From NCBI GenBank assembly GCA_902515985.1, contig CABXWY010000002.1, forward strand, positions 91,448-155,447: a stretch of 64,000 nt of DNA, in the 5' to 3' direction. The position numbers and the translations under genes were made by a program. Every line of letters begins with the position of its first letter. Positions within the stretch are counted from its first letter, which is position 1. This DNA is from an uncultured Pelagibacteraceae bacterium (GTDB lineage: Bacteria; Pseudomonadota; Alphaproteobacteria; Pelagibacterales; Pelagibacteraceae). This document shows, in pieces, positions 11,758 through 22,327 of the stretch. The notes under the pieces are model-generated. The model was not told the DNA's origin and searched no databases. It worked only from the letters and a program-made list of their open reading frames with translations.

Positions 11758-12687
11758 TTATCTTTTTGATGCTCTTTTTAATCTATCATTTATTGTTTGA
11801 CCTATTCCAATATTAGGAATTTTTTCTATTGCAATTTTTTTATATTTTAAATTTTTTATACGTCTTAAGGTTTTATACAATTTTCTACCAGCTTCTTTTA
11901 AATTTTGATTTTTTGTTAAATAAAAATAATCTCTATCAAAATTTTTCCTTTTTTTAATCAATATTAATGCCTCATCTAAAAAACGATTGCTGGCATTCAA
12001 TCTTATAGGAATACCTGGTGAATAATGAAATTTAGATTGTCCAGGGACTGATATCTTTTTACTTTTCGAATATTTTATTTTTTTCTTTAAAATTTTACTA
12101 ATTTTTTTTACATCTATACTGCCTAGTCTAAGAATTTTAGGGTTGTTTACTAGACTTATAATAGTTGATTCTAAACCTATTTCAGAGGATCCCCCATCTA
12201 AAATAAACTTAATTTTTTTTCCAAATTCTTCCTTCACATCCCTCTTTGAAATTGGACTTAATTGAGTATAAATATTTGCGCTAGGTGCAGCTAATGGATA
12301 ATCTAATGAAGAAAGTAAATTTTTAGTAATAAGATTTTTTGGAAATCTTACAGCCAAAGTTCTTTTTCCATTGGTAACATTTCTAGATATTTTACTCTTT
12401 CTTTTTAATTTTAAAACAAATGTCAAAGGACCCGGACAAAACTTACTATAAAGTTTTTTAAAGTTATTATTTATTTCACAATCCCTTTCTAAATCTTGCA
12501 TCTTTGAATAATGTACTATTAACGGATTTGTTTTTGGTCTTTTTTTTAACTTAAAAATTCTCAGGGTAGCTTTGCTAGAATATGCATTTGCAGCAAGCCC
12601 ATACACAGTTTCAGTAGGTATTGCTACACAATGATTTTTATTTAATAAATATTTAGCTTTTTTAATATTTGAAAGATCTTTTTTCAT
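11758..12687 (-). CDS. tsaC: L-threonylcarbamoyladenylate synthase (Sua5 type)
   Basis: PTETVYGL, NPLIVH, AAPSAN, C-terminal SUA5 domain (PGQSKFHYSP). Confidence 0.92.
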   Translation of the reverse strand: MKKDLSNIKKAKYLLNKNHCVAIPTETVYGLAANAYSSKATLRIFKLKKRPKTNPLIVHYSKMQDLERDCEINNNFKKLYSKFCPGPLTFVLKLKRKSKISRNVTNGKRTLAVRFPKNLITKNLLSSLDYPLAAPSANIYTQLSPISKRDVKEEFGKKIKFILDGGSSEIGLESTIISLVNNPKILRLGSIDVKKISKILKKKIKYSKSKKISVPGQSKFHYSPGIPIRLNASNRFLDEALILIKKRKNFDRDYFYLTKNQNLKEAGRKLYKTLRRIKNLKYKKIAIEKIPNIGIGQTINDRLKRASKR

Positions 12688-12707
12688 GTAATATTAACAA
12701 GTTTTAT

Positions 12708-12959
12708 ATGAAAGATAAAAATTTGCCAGATGATATTAGAAATAAATCTCTTAATGAGCTGACAGAATTAGCAAGTAATATAATTAAAAGTTTAGAAAAT
12801 AAAAAAAATCTAGAAGAGTCAATTGAGGATTATCAAAAATTAATTAAATTAAATATTTTAATTGAAAAACAATTTCAAAAAGCTTCAAAAGAATTGTCTA
12901 ATTCTACAAGGGACAAAATACAAGATATATTAAAAAAAAATGAAAAAAAAACTAAATAA
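12708..12959 (+). CDS. xseB: Exodeoxyribonuclease VII small subunit (divergent)
   Basis: Small helical protein (LEESIEDYQK) in the canonical xseB-ispA-dxs order. Confidence 0.7.
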   Translation: MKDKNLPDDIRNKSLNELTELASNIIKSLENKKNLEESIEDYQKLIKLNILIEKQFQKASKELSNSTRDKIQDILKKNEKKTK

Positions 12960-13809
12960 AGTTGCCAAAGATACAAATTTATTTCTCAAAAAATTTATAT
13001 TAAAACAGAAAAAAACAGAACTATTAAAACCTATAAGATATGGCCTTCTACCTGGTGGAAAAAAAATAAGATCAAAGTTAATTATTGATATTGGAAAAAT
13101 TTTTAAAATCAACTATTACAAATTAATTCAGATAGGTGCTGCAGTTGAGTGTATACATGCTTATTCTTTAATTCATGATGATCTTCCGTGTATGGATAAT
13201 GACAGGTTGAGAAGAGGAAAATTGTCAACTCACGCTAAATTTGGTGAGTCGACAGCTATACTCGCAGGAAATTCATTATTAACCATTGCATTTGAAATTT
13301 TAAGCCATCCTAATCTAAAAATAGATTATAAAACAAAAACTAGCTTAATACTTCTTTTATCTAAAAGTTCAGGACATACTGGTATCGCTGGTGGTCAATA
13401 TTCAGATCTTAAGTTCGAAGGAAAGAAACAATCTCTTAAAAAAATAATTGATATGCAGGTAAATAAAACAGGAAAGCTTTTTAGTTTTTGCTGTGTAGCA
13501 CCAGTAATTGTATCTAAAAAAAACAAATATATTAATTTGTTTAATTCTATTGGATCAAAGATTGGACTTTTGTTTCAAATTGCTGATGATTTAATAGATT
13601 ATAGCGGTAGTACTAAAAAAGCTGGAAAAAAAACAAGAAAAGATTCAAAAAAAGGTAAAGCGACCTTAATTAGTTTACTCGGTTACAAAAATACTGTTAA
13701 ATATGGTGATAAAGTTAAATTAGATATATTAACCAAGATTAAAAAATTTGGAAATAAAACAAAAGATTTAGCAGATACAATAAATTATATTTTAATTAGG
13801 TCAAAATGA
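12940..13809 (+). CDS. ispA: Farnesyl diphosphate synthase
   Basis: [27 protein letters not shown]. Confidence 0.93.
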   Translation: MKKKLNKVAKDTNLFLKKFILKQKKTELLKPIRYGLLPGGKKIRSKLIIDIGKIFKINYYKLIQIGAAVECIHAYSLIHDDLPCMDNDRLRRGKLSTHAKFGESTAILAGNSLLTIAFEILSHPNLKIDYKTKTSLILLLSKSSGHTGIAGGQYSDLKFEGKKQSLKKIIDMQVNKTGKLFSFCCVAPVIVSKKNKYINLFNSIGSKIGLLFQIADDLIDYSGSTKKAGKKTRKDSKKGKATLISLLGYKNTVKYGDKVKLDILTKIKKFGNKTKDLADTINYILIRSK

Positions 13810-15719
13810 AAAGAAATTACAAAATTTTAGATAATATTAATTTTCCAAGTGATATCAAAAAACTTTCTCATAAAGAATTAAAAATTCTTAGTAACGAAGT
13901 AAGAGAAGAAATGATAGATGCAGTTTCCGAAACAGGAGGACATCTTGGTGCTGGCTTAGGAGTTGTAGAGCTAACAGTGGTTCTTCATTATATTTTTAAT
14001 ACTCCAAATGATAAAATAATATGGGATGTTGGTCATCAAGCATATCCACATAAAATTTTGACAGGTAGAAAAGATAAAATTAGAACTCTAAGAAAAGGAA
14101 AGGGTCTATCAGGTTTTACAAAACGATCTGAAAGTGAATATGATCCTTTCGGAGCTGCTCATAGCTCTACTTCAATCTCATCAGCACTAGGAATAGCTAT
14201 AGCAAACAAGCTATCAAATAAATCTGATAGTGTTGTTGCAGTTATTGGTGATGGAGCAATAAGTGCTGGAATGGCGTATGAAGCAATGAATAATGCTGGA
14301 TCAAGTAAAACAAAATTAATAGTAATCTTAAATGACAATGATATGTCTATTGCAAAACCAGTGGGAGCGATGAGAGCATATTTAGCGAAAATTTTTACTG
14401 GTAAAATTTACTTTAGTTTAAGAGAAACTATTAAACTAATCATTTCAGCTTTCTCAAAAAGATTTAGTAAAAAAGCTGGTAAAGCAGAGGATTTTCTTCG
14501 TTCAGCTGTTACTGGTGGAACTTTATTTAGTTCAATGGGATTTTATTATGTAGGTCCAATCGATGGACATGACACTGATGCTCTTATTTCTGTATTAAAA
14601 AATGCAAAAGAAATTAATTATGACGGACCTATTATGATACATGTTAAAACAGTAAAAGGTAAAGGTTATAGTTTTGCAGAAAAATCAGAAGATAAGTATC
14701 ACGGTGTAACTAAATTTAATGTTAATACAGGGATTCAAGAGAAATCTAAATCTAACTCACCTTCCTATACCAAAGTATTTGCAAATACTCTAGTCAAACA
14801 TGCGGAAAAAGACAGTAAAATAATTGGAATTACAGCAGCAATGCCATCAGGAACTGGTATGGATATATTTGGAAGTAAATTTCCAAAAAGAATGTTTGAT
14901 GTGGGTATTGCAGAACAACACGCAGTTACATTCGCGGCTGGACTTGCAACAGAAGGTTATAAACCTTACGCTGCAATTTATTCAACATTTCTTCAAAGAG
15001 CTTACGATCAAGTTGTGCATGATGTTGCAATTCAAAGTCTACCAGTTAGGTTTGCAATTGATAGAGCTGGTCTTGTTGGCGCAGATGGGCCTACACACGC
15101 TGGCTCATTCGATATTACATATTTATCAACTTTACCAAATTTTGTTGTCATGGCAGCAAGTGACGAGTCTGAGCTTGTGAAAATGATTAATACATCAATT
15201 GATATAAACGATAGGCCATCAGCATTTAGATATCCAAGAGGAAATGGGGTTGGTATCGAACTTCCAACTATAAGTGAAAAAATTGAAATTGGAAAAGGTA
15301 GAATAATTAAAGAAGGTAAAAACGTAGCTATAATTAATTTTGGCGCAAGATTAAATGAATGTTTAATTACTAGAGAAAATTTATCAAAAAAAGGTATTAA
15401 CATAACATTAGTTGATGCAAGATTTGCTAAACCTTTAGATGAAAATCTAATTTGGCAAATTGCTACTGATCATGAAGCGCTTATTACAATCGAAGAAGGA
15501 TCTATAGGTGGTTTTGGTTCACATGTCGCGCAATTCTTAAATGAAAAAAAATTACTAGATAATAATCTAAAATTTCGATCAATGTTTTTACCTGATAGAT
15601 TTATTGACCAAGATAAGCCAGATTTAATGTATAAATATGCAGGACTTGATGCTGCTAACATAGAAAATAAGATACTAGACACAATTAATTCTAAAGTTAT
15701 AGTAAAAAAAAGTAATTAA
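13806..15719 (+). CDS. dxs: 1-deoxy-D-xylulose-5-phosphate synthase
   Basis: [32 protein letters not shown]. Confidence 0.98.
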   Translation: MKRNYKILDNINFPSDIKKLSHKELKILSNEVREEMIDAVSETGGHLGAGLGVVELTVVLHYIFNTPNDKIIWDVGHQAYPHKILTGRKDKIRTLRKGKGLSGFTKRSESEYDPFGAAHSSTSISSALGIAIANKLSNKSDSVVAVIGDGAISAGMAYEAMNNAGSSKTKLIVILNDNDMSIAKPVGAMRAYLAKIFTGKIYFSLRETIKLIISAFSKRFSKKAGKAEDFLRSAVTGGTLFSSMGFYYVGPIDGHDTDALISVLKNAKEINYDGPIMIHVKTVKGKGYSFAEKSEDKYHGVTKFNVNTGIQEKSKSNSPSYTKVFANTLVKHAEKDSKIIGITAAMPSGTGMDIFGSKFPKRMFDVGIAEQHAVTFAAGLATEGYKPYAAIYSTFLQRAYDQVVHDVAIQSLPVRFAIDRAGLVGADGPTHAGSFDITYLSTLPNFVVMAASDESELVKMINTSIDINDRPSAFRYPRGNGVGIELPTISEKIEIGKGRIIKEGKNVAIINFGARLNECLITRENLSKKGINITLVDARFAKPLDENLIWQIATDHEALITIEEGSIGGFGSHVAQFLNEKKLLDNNLKFRSMFLPDRFIDQDKPDLMYKYAGLDAANIENKILDTINSKVIVKKSN

Positions 15720-16801
15720 GTATTACATTGAGCATTATGCATCAGATAATGATCTAGTAATACACAATGCATCATAGCTTCACCAATTGGAACTGCTCTT
15801 ATACCAACACAAGGATCATGTCTGCCTTTGACAGAAATAGATGTATTTTTACCAAATCGATCAATTGTTTTTCTACTAGTCAAAATTGACGATGTAGGTT
15901 TTACAGCAAACGATACAGCAATCTCTTGACCAGAAGATATTCCACCAAGAATTCCGCCTGCATTGTTAGAATTAAATTTGGTTTTACTCCCTGACTGAGA
16001 AATTTCATCCGAATTTTGTTCACCGGTCAATTGTGCCGAATTCATTCCAGATCCAATGTTTACACCTTTAACTGCATTTATACTCATCATTGCAGCAGCA
16101 AGATCCATATCGAGCTTTGAATATATTGGAGCTCCTAGGCCCACCGGAACGCCTCTCGCCCTAACTTCAATTATTGCTCCGCATGAAGATCCAGCTTTTC
16201 TAATACTTAGTAAGTATTTTTCCCATAATTTTACAATTGATTTGTCTGGGCAGAAAAAAGGATTTTTAGATATAAACTTGTCATTCCATTTTTTTATATC
16301 ACAACCAAGTATCCCTAATTGAGTAACAGCTCCTTTAACATTATATTTTTTTCCTATTTTTTTTTCCAAAACTTTTTTTGCTATTGCTCCTGCGGCAACC
16401 CTCGATGCTGTTTCTCTTGCTGACTGTCTTCCTCCACCTCTATAATCTCTTATTCCATATTTTTTAAAATATGTATAATCTGCATGTCCTGGACGAAACT
16501 TATTTTTGATAGTTTCATAATCTCTTGATCTCATATCTTTGTTATAAATGATCATCGATATTGGTGTGCCAGTTGTTTTACCGTCAAAAACTCCTGATAA
16601 AATATTCACTTTATCATCCTCTTTTCTTTGCGTTGTAAATTTTGATTGTCCTGGTTTTCTTTTATTTAATTCTTTTTGAATATCTGCCTCATTTATACTT
16701 ACATTGGGTGGACAGCCATCTACAACACACCCTATCGCAGGACCATGTGACTCACCCCAAGTGGTGAAGCGAAATATCTTTCCAAATGTGTTAAATGACA
16801 T
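15716..16801 (-). CDS. aroC: Chorismate synthase
   Basis: GESHG, RPGHAD, GRHDPC; start reset to MSFNTFG. Confidence 0.97.
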   Translation of the reverse strand: MSFNTFGKIFRFTTWGESHGPAIGCVVDGCPPNVSINEADIQKELNKRKPGQSKFTTQRKEDDKVNILSGVFDGKTTGTPISMIIYNKDMRSRDYETIKNKFRPGHADYTYFKKYGIRDYRGGGRQSARETASRVAAGAIAKKVLEKKIGKKYNVKGAVTQLGILGCDIKKWNDKFISKNPFFCPDKSIVKLWEKYLLSIRKAGSSCGAIIEVRARGVPVGLGAPIYSKLDMDLAAAMMSINAVKGVNIGSGMNSAQLTGEQNSDEISQSGSKTKFNSNNAGGILGGISSGQEIAVSFAVKPTSSILTSRKTIDRFGKNTSISVKGRHDPCVGIRAVPIGEAMMHCVLLDHYLMHNAQCNT

Positions 16802-16834
16802 AAAATATAATATATAGATTATTTTGTTTAAATT

Positions 16835-17461
16835 ATGAATCAAAAAAACTCATTTGATCTTGATAAATGCTTTGGGGAGTTAGATGACCCATTTAAGTTA
16901 TTTGGAGAATGGTTCAATAAAGCCAAAGAAACAGAGATAAATGATCCAAATGCTCTAGCTCTAGCTACAGCAGATAAAAATGGAGTGCCATCTGTTAGAA
17001 TGGTATTGCTTAAAGATTTTAGCGAGAAAGGATTTGTTTTTTATACAAATCTTGAAAGTAAAAAAAGTGGTGACATAAAAAATAATCCAAATGTATCGAT
17101 GTGTTTCCATTGGAAAAGTCTATTAAGACAAATAAGAATAGTCGGAACAATAACTAGCGTTTCAAATGAAGAAGCTGACAATTATTACAATAGTAGAGCA
17201 TATGGAAGTAGGATTGGAGCATGGGCGTCTAAACAAAGTACAGTTTTGAAAAATAGAGATGAACTATACAAATCGATTGATAATTTTAAGAAAAAATTTC
17301 CTGACGAAAAAAATGTTCCAAGGCCAAATTATTGGTCAGGATGGATTCTGCATCCAAATGAAATTGAATTTTGGCTAGATGGAGATAATAGAATTCATCA
17401 AAGACTGAAATATATCAAGTCAAATGATAATAATTGGAAAAAAGTTTTACTAAGTCCTTAA
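16835..17461 (+). CDS. pdxH: Pyridoxamine 5'-phosphate oxidase
   Basis: [25 protein letters not shown] terminus. Confidence 0.95.
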   Translation: MNQKNSFDLDKCFGELDDPFKLFGEWFNKAKETEINDPNALALATADKNGVPSVRMVLLKDFSEKGFVFYTNLESKKSGDIKNNPNVSMCFHWKSLLRQIRIVGTITSVSNEEADNYYNSRAYGSRIGAWASKQSTVLKNRDELYKSIDNFKKKFPDEKNVPRPNYWSGWILHPNEIEFWLDGDNRIHQRLKYIKSNDNNWKKVLLSP

Positions 17462-18471
17462 AAATTTCTTTCCAAACTAAAAGAAGTTAATTTTTTTAGT
17501 ATTTCTTTTTCTTTAGACTCTGGAAAAATACTAAGTGAGTTAGATGAAAGACTAATAAAGTAATCAGCTTTTGAATAACAATCGTTGATAATTTCATATT
17601 TTTTTATTAACCTTAAAATACTTTTAAATTGTTCTTCAGATCTTTCATTATTTAAAAAACAACTCTTTATATCCTTTTTCTCATCTACATTAGCTTTTTG
17701 ATTAAGTAAAATAATTGGCAATGTTACTTTTCCTTCATAAAAATCGTTTCCGATTTCTTTTCCAAATATTTTGAGCTCTGAATTGTAATCTAAAGTATCA
17801 TCTGCAATTTGAAAAGTTAATCCAAGATTTTTTCCATAAAATTCTAATGCATCTTTAATTTTATTTTCTTTATTTGATAAAATAGCTCCAACTTTTGTTG
17901 CAGCTGCGAACAGAGAGGCAGTTTTCGATGAAATTATTTTTAAATACGTTTCCTCCAACATATCAATTTCTCTGTTATGCTGCAATTGCAGAACCTCACC
18001 CTGGGAAATTTCAGCTGATGTTGAGGATAATAGTTTTAAAACCTCTTGGTCTCCATCTTCAACCATCATCTCAAAACATCTACTAAGTAAATAGTCACCA
18101 ACCAGTATAGACGATTGGTTTCCCCAAATTTTATTTAATGTTTTTTTTCCTCTTCTTAGATCGCCATTATCAATCACATCGTCATGCATAAGAGTAGCAG
18201 CATGAATAAGTTCAACGCAAGCAGCAAGGTTTATGTCTCTAGTCCCTTTTTCATAATCGCAAAGTTTAGCAGAACCTAAGGTCAACAACGCTCGAAGTCT
18301 TTTTCCACCAGTATCTAAATGATACTTAGTCATTTTCTCTACCAAATCAACTTTACTCGAAAGCTTTGATTTAATTCTTTCTTCAACTAAAACTAATTTA
18401 TCCTCCACAGAACTTTTGAGGTCTAAATAAGAATTATTAATCTTATTTTTAAGTTGAACTACTGTTCCCAT
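17458..18471 (-). CDS. ispB: Long-chain polyprenyl diphosphate synthase
   Basis: GGKRLR, HDDVID, FQIADD. Confidence 0.9.
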   Translation of the reverse strand: MGTVVQLKNKINNSYLDLKSSVEDKLVLVEERIKSKLSSKVDLVEKMTKYHLDTGGKRLRALLTLGSAKLCDYEKGTRDINLAACVELIHAATLMHDDVIDNGDLRRGKKTLNKIWGNQSSILVGDYLLSRCFEMMVEDGDQEVLKLLSSTSAEISQGEVLQLQHNREIDMLEETYLKIISSKTASLFAAATKVGAILSNKENKIKDALEFYGKNLGLTFQIADDTLDYNSELKIFGKEIGNDFYEGKVTLPIILLNQKANVDEKKDIKSCFLNNERSEEQFKSILRLIKKYEIINDCYSKADYFISLSSNSLSIFPESKEKEILKKLTSFSLERNF

Positions 18472-18580
18472 AAAATTAGCGTATTATATATATCACTTTA
18501 TCATACTTAACAATTGACGCACCTCAATCTTCAACTATAAGGAGACTTTATATTTAATCATAAATTTTATAAGCATACAT

Positions 18581-19387
18581 ATGTTTTCAATTTTCAAAAA
18601 AAAAAAAGTTATTCCACATATTAAACTCAATGGAGTGATTGGTAATGTTGGAAAGTTTAAACAAGGTATTGATTTTGCGGGTCAAGAAGAGATCATAAAA
18701 AAAGCATTCTCACTTAAAAAATCGCCAGCAGTCGCAATATCGATTAATTCACCCGGAGGTTCGCCTGTTCAATCGCATTTAATTCATGATTATGTAAAAC
18801 AACAAGCAAAGAAGCATAAAAAAAAGGTAATAATATTTGCTGAGGATGTAGCGGCATCTGGAGGATATTTAATTGCTTGTTGTGGTGATGAAATTTATGC
18901 AAATCAAAGCTCCATAATAGGATCTATTGGAGTAATATATTCATCCTTTGGATTTACAGAACTAATAAGTAAGATAGGTGTTCAAAGAAGAGTTTATACT
19001 GCCGGAAAAAATAAGAGCACACTTGACCCTTTTATGAAAGAGAAAGATGAGGATATTGTAAGACTTAAAAATATACAATTGGATCTTCATAAAGATTTCA
19101 TAGATGTTGTTGAAAAAAGTAGAGGAATAAAATTAAAAAAAGATAAGGGAATAGAATTATTTTCAGGTGAATTTTGGTCAGGTAGACGAGCTAAAGAATT
19201 AGGACTTATAGATGGAATTGGAAATGCAGATCAGATTTTAAAAGAAAAATTTGGTGACGATGTAGTTATTAAAAAATTCGAAAAAGCAAAAGGCTGGCTA
19301 GCAAGAAAACTGTCTTCAGAAAGCAATACAGAACAAGTAATTAACATTTTAGAAGAAAGATCTATCTGGCAAAGATATGGTTTCTAA
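18581..19387 (+). CDS. S49 family peptidase (SppA/SohB-like)
   Basis: INSPGGS, AASGGY, GSIGV. Confidence 0.9.
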   Translation: MFSIFKKKKVIPHIKLNGVIGNVGKFKQGIDFAGQEEIIKKAFSLKKSPAVAISINSPGGSPVQSHLIHDYVKQQAKKHKKKVIIFAEDVAASGGYLIACCGDEIYANQSSIIGSIGVIYSSFGFTELISKIGVQRRVYTAGKNKSTLDPFMKEKDEDIVRLKNIQLDLHKDFIDVVEKSRGIKLKKDKGIELFSGEFWSGRRAKELGLIDGIGNADQILKEKFGDDVVIKKFEKAKGWLARKLSSESNTEQVINILEERSIWQRYGF

Positions 19388-20261
19388 AAAAAAAAGGAAA
19401 CAACCTAAATTTCAAACATTTCAAGATACCATCTTGAATCTTCAAAAATATTGGAGCAAACATGGATGTATAATTTTACAACCATACGATATGGAAGTAG
19501 GAGCAGGTACATTTCATCCAGCAACAACACTAAGATCATTGGGACCAAAACCTTGGAAGGCAGCATACGTTCAACCTTCAAGAAGACCAACTGATGGTAG
19601 ATATGGCGATAATCCAAATAGATTACAGCATTACTATCAATTTCAAGTAATTATAAAACCATCTCCAAAAAATATTAAAAAACTTTACTTAAGTAGCTTA
19701 AATACAATAGGTATTAACCATAATGAACATGATATTCGTTTTGTCGAGGATGATTGGGAAAGCCCAACATTAGGTGCAGCAGGACTTGGATGGGAAGTTT
19801 GGTGTGATGGAATGGAGATAACTCAATTTACATATTTTCAACAAATGGCTGGATTTGAATGCAAACCAGTATCTGTAGAACTTACATATGGTTTGGAGAG
19901 ATTATGCATGTTTACTCAACAAAAAAAAAATGTTTATGATTTAACTTGGAATAGTGAGGATGTAAAATATGGCGATGTATTTCATCAAGCAGAAAAGGAA
20001 TTTTCTACTTATAATTTTGAACTTGCAAATACAGAAAATCTTTTCAAAATTTTTGATATGACTGAAAAAGAAGCTAAGATGCTTACAGAAAAAAATGTAT
20101 CATTGCCAGCTTATGATCAATGTTTAAAAGCGAGTCATGTTTTTAACATTTTAGATGCAAGAGGGGTTATAAGTGTTGCCCAAAGGGCTGAATATATCTT
20201 GAGAATAAGAAATATTACAAAAGGTGCAGCTGAAATTTGGTTAAAAAGTCAAACTGAATAA
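19377..20261 (+). CDS. glyQ: Glycine-tRNA ligase alpha subunit
   Basis: [25 protein letters not shown]. Confidence 0.98.
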   Translation: MVSKKKRKQPKFQTFQDTILNLQKYWSKHGCIILQPYDMEVGAGTFHPATTLRSLGPKPWKAAYVQPSRRPTDGRYGDNPNRLQHYYQFQVIIKPSPKNIKKLYLSSLNTIGINHNEHDIRFVEDDWESPTLGAAGLGWEVWCDGMEITQFTYFQQMAGFECKPVSVELTYGLERLCMFTQQKKNVYDLTWNSEDVKYGDVFHQAEKEFSTYNFELANTENLFKIFDMTEKEAKMLTEKNVSLPAYDQCLKASHVFNILDARGVISVAQRAEYILRIRNITKGAAEIWLKSQTE

Positions 20262-22327
20262 TGTCTGAATTTTTTTTAGAAATTTTTACAGAGGAGATAC
20301 CAGCAAAATTACAAAACGATGCAAGAAACTCTCTACTCGAAAAATTTAAAAGTTTATTTGAAGAAAAAAAAATAAAATTCAAAAAAAGTAAAGTTTTTTC
20401 TGTTCCAAACAGGTTGGTGATATTATTTGATGGTCTAAGTAAACAAATTATTTTAGATAAGGAAGAGAAACGAGGACCAAGTACAAAATCCCCTAAAGAA
20501 GCAATTGAGGGTTTTTTAAGATCAAATAAAATCAATGAGAAAGAAGTTTATAAAAAACAAACTGAAAAAGGAGAATTTTATTTTTTTTTGAAGCCAAAAG
20601 AGAAAATAGATACTAAAGACATTCTTCAAAAAGAAATACCAATAATTTTAGATAAAATTGAGTGGAAAAAGTCTATGAAGTGGTCAGATCATAATTTGCT
20701 ATGGGGTCGACCTTTAAAATCATTGTTAGCTTTGTTTAATGATAAGTTTTTAGATTTTAATTACCATCATTTAAAAAGCTGTAATTTTACAATATTAGAC
20801 AAAGAATTTGAGGATAAAAAAAAGATAATAAAAAACTATAAATCTTATACTGACTGCTTAAAAAAGTTAAATATTGTTATTGATCAAAATCAGCGCAAAT
20901 CAATTATTGAAGAGAAGTTATTAAAAAACTCAAAGAAAAATAACATCTATATTGAAGTCAATGAGAAACTTTTATCTGAAGTAACTGATTTAGTAGAACA
21001 ACCCAATGTTCTATTGTGTGAATTTGATAAACGTTTTTTATCTATGCCAAAAGAGATTTTAGTGATCACAATGCAACATCACCAAAAATATTTTCATACT
21101 TTAGACAGAAATGGAAATATTACTAACCGATTTTATGTCATTGCAAATAATAAAGATTCAAAAGGCTTTATCAAAGCAGGTAATGAAAGAGTTGTAGAAG
21201 CAAGATTAAATGATGCAGAATTTTTTTGGAACAAAAATAAAAATCAAAATTTATTTAAGCAGGTATCTAAGCTAAAAAACATGAATTATTTTAAAGGACT
21301 CGGGACTTATTTTGATAAAATTCAAAGAATGAGAAAATTGGGTGGCGTAATTTCAGATGAACTTTTAATTAGTAAAGATAAAATAGAAATTTCTTGCTCA
21401 ATTTGCAAAACTGATTTGCTTTCTGATTTAGTCGGAGAATTTCCTGAACTGCAGGGAGTTATGGGAGGTTATTTTGCAGAGTCACAGGGTTTTGATAAAG
21501 ATATATCAACAGCGATTAAAGAACATTATTTACCTAATACCCTTGAAAGTAAAGTTCCAACAAAACCCTTTAGCCTTGGCCTATCATTGACTGATAAATT
21601 AGATACGCTAGTTGGTTTCTTTGGGGTTAATCAAAAACCTACAAGCTCAAAAGATCCATTTGCTTTGAGAAGGGCAGCATTAGGTGTTGTAAGATTAATA
21701 CTTGAAAATAAAAAAAATATTAGATTTAAGGATCTAATAAATTATTCATTACTATTATATCAAGAACAAAATTTTGAATTTGATAATAATTCTGTACAAA
21801 ACGATTTATCTGAATTTTTATTAGAACGATTAAAATTTTATATGAAAGAGAGAGGAATTAGATCTGATATTATAAATGCTAGTTTAAATAATAATAATAT
21901 TAATAATATTAATGAAATATACAGGAAATCTTTTTCTTTAAATAAAATTATAAACAAAGAGAACGGACAAGATATTATTTCAAGTTATAAACGAGCAGCG
22001 AATATTATTGAAAACGAACTAAAAGATAAAAATCTTGAATTATCAGAGACTGCCGACCCTGGAATATTTAAGAATGATTTTGAAAAGAATCTATTTAAAA
22101 AAATAAAAGAATTAAAAAAATATTTCTCAAATATAGATAAGGATGAGAATTATGAAATAACCCTAGATAATCTTAAGACAGCAAAACCTATTATTTTCGC
22201 ATTTTTCGATAATATTGTTGTTAATGATGATGATGAAGTTATTAAAAAAAATCGTTTGGAACTTCTTCAAATGTTTTGTAGAACCTTTGAAAATTATATA
22301 AATTTTTCTAAAATCGAGAGTGCTTGA
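20261..22327 (+). CDS. glyS: Glycine-tRNA ligase beta subunit
   Basis: EIFTEEIP, GEFPELQG, DPFALRR. Confidence 0.96.
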   Translation: MSEFFLEIFTEEIPAKLQNDARNSLLEKFKSLFEEKKIKFKKSKVFSVPNRLVILFDGLSKQIILDKEEKRGPSTKSPKEAIEGFLRSNKINEKEVYKKQTEKGEFYFFLKPKEKIDTKDILQKEIPIILDKIEWKKSMKWSDHNLLWGRPLKSLLALFNDKFLDFNYHHLKSCNFTILDKEFEDKKKIIKNYKSYTDCLKKLNIVIDQNQRKSIIEEKLLKNSKKNNIYIEVNEKLLSEVTDLVEQPNVLLCEFDKRFLSMPKEILVITMQHHQKYFHTLDRNGNITNRFYVIANNKDSKGFIKAGNERVVEARLNDAEFFWNKNKNQNLFKQVSKLKNMNYFKGLGTYFDKIQRMRKLGGVISDELLISKDKIEISCSICKTDLLSDLVGEFPELQGVMGGYFAESQGFDKDISTAIKEHYLPNTLESKVPTKPFSLGLSLTDKLDTLVGFFGVNQKPTSSKDPFALRRAALGVVRLILENKKNIRFKDLINYSLLLYQEQNFEFDNNSVQNDLSEFLLERLKFYMKERGIRSDIINASLNNNNINNINEIYRKSFSLNKIINKENGQDIISSYKRAANIIENELKDKNLELSETADPGIFKNDFEKNLFKKIKELKKYFSNIDKDENYEITLDNLKTAKPIIFAFFDNIVVNDDDEVIKKNRLELLQMFCRTFENYINFSKIESA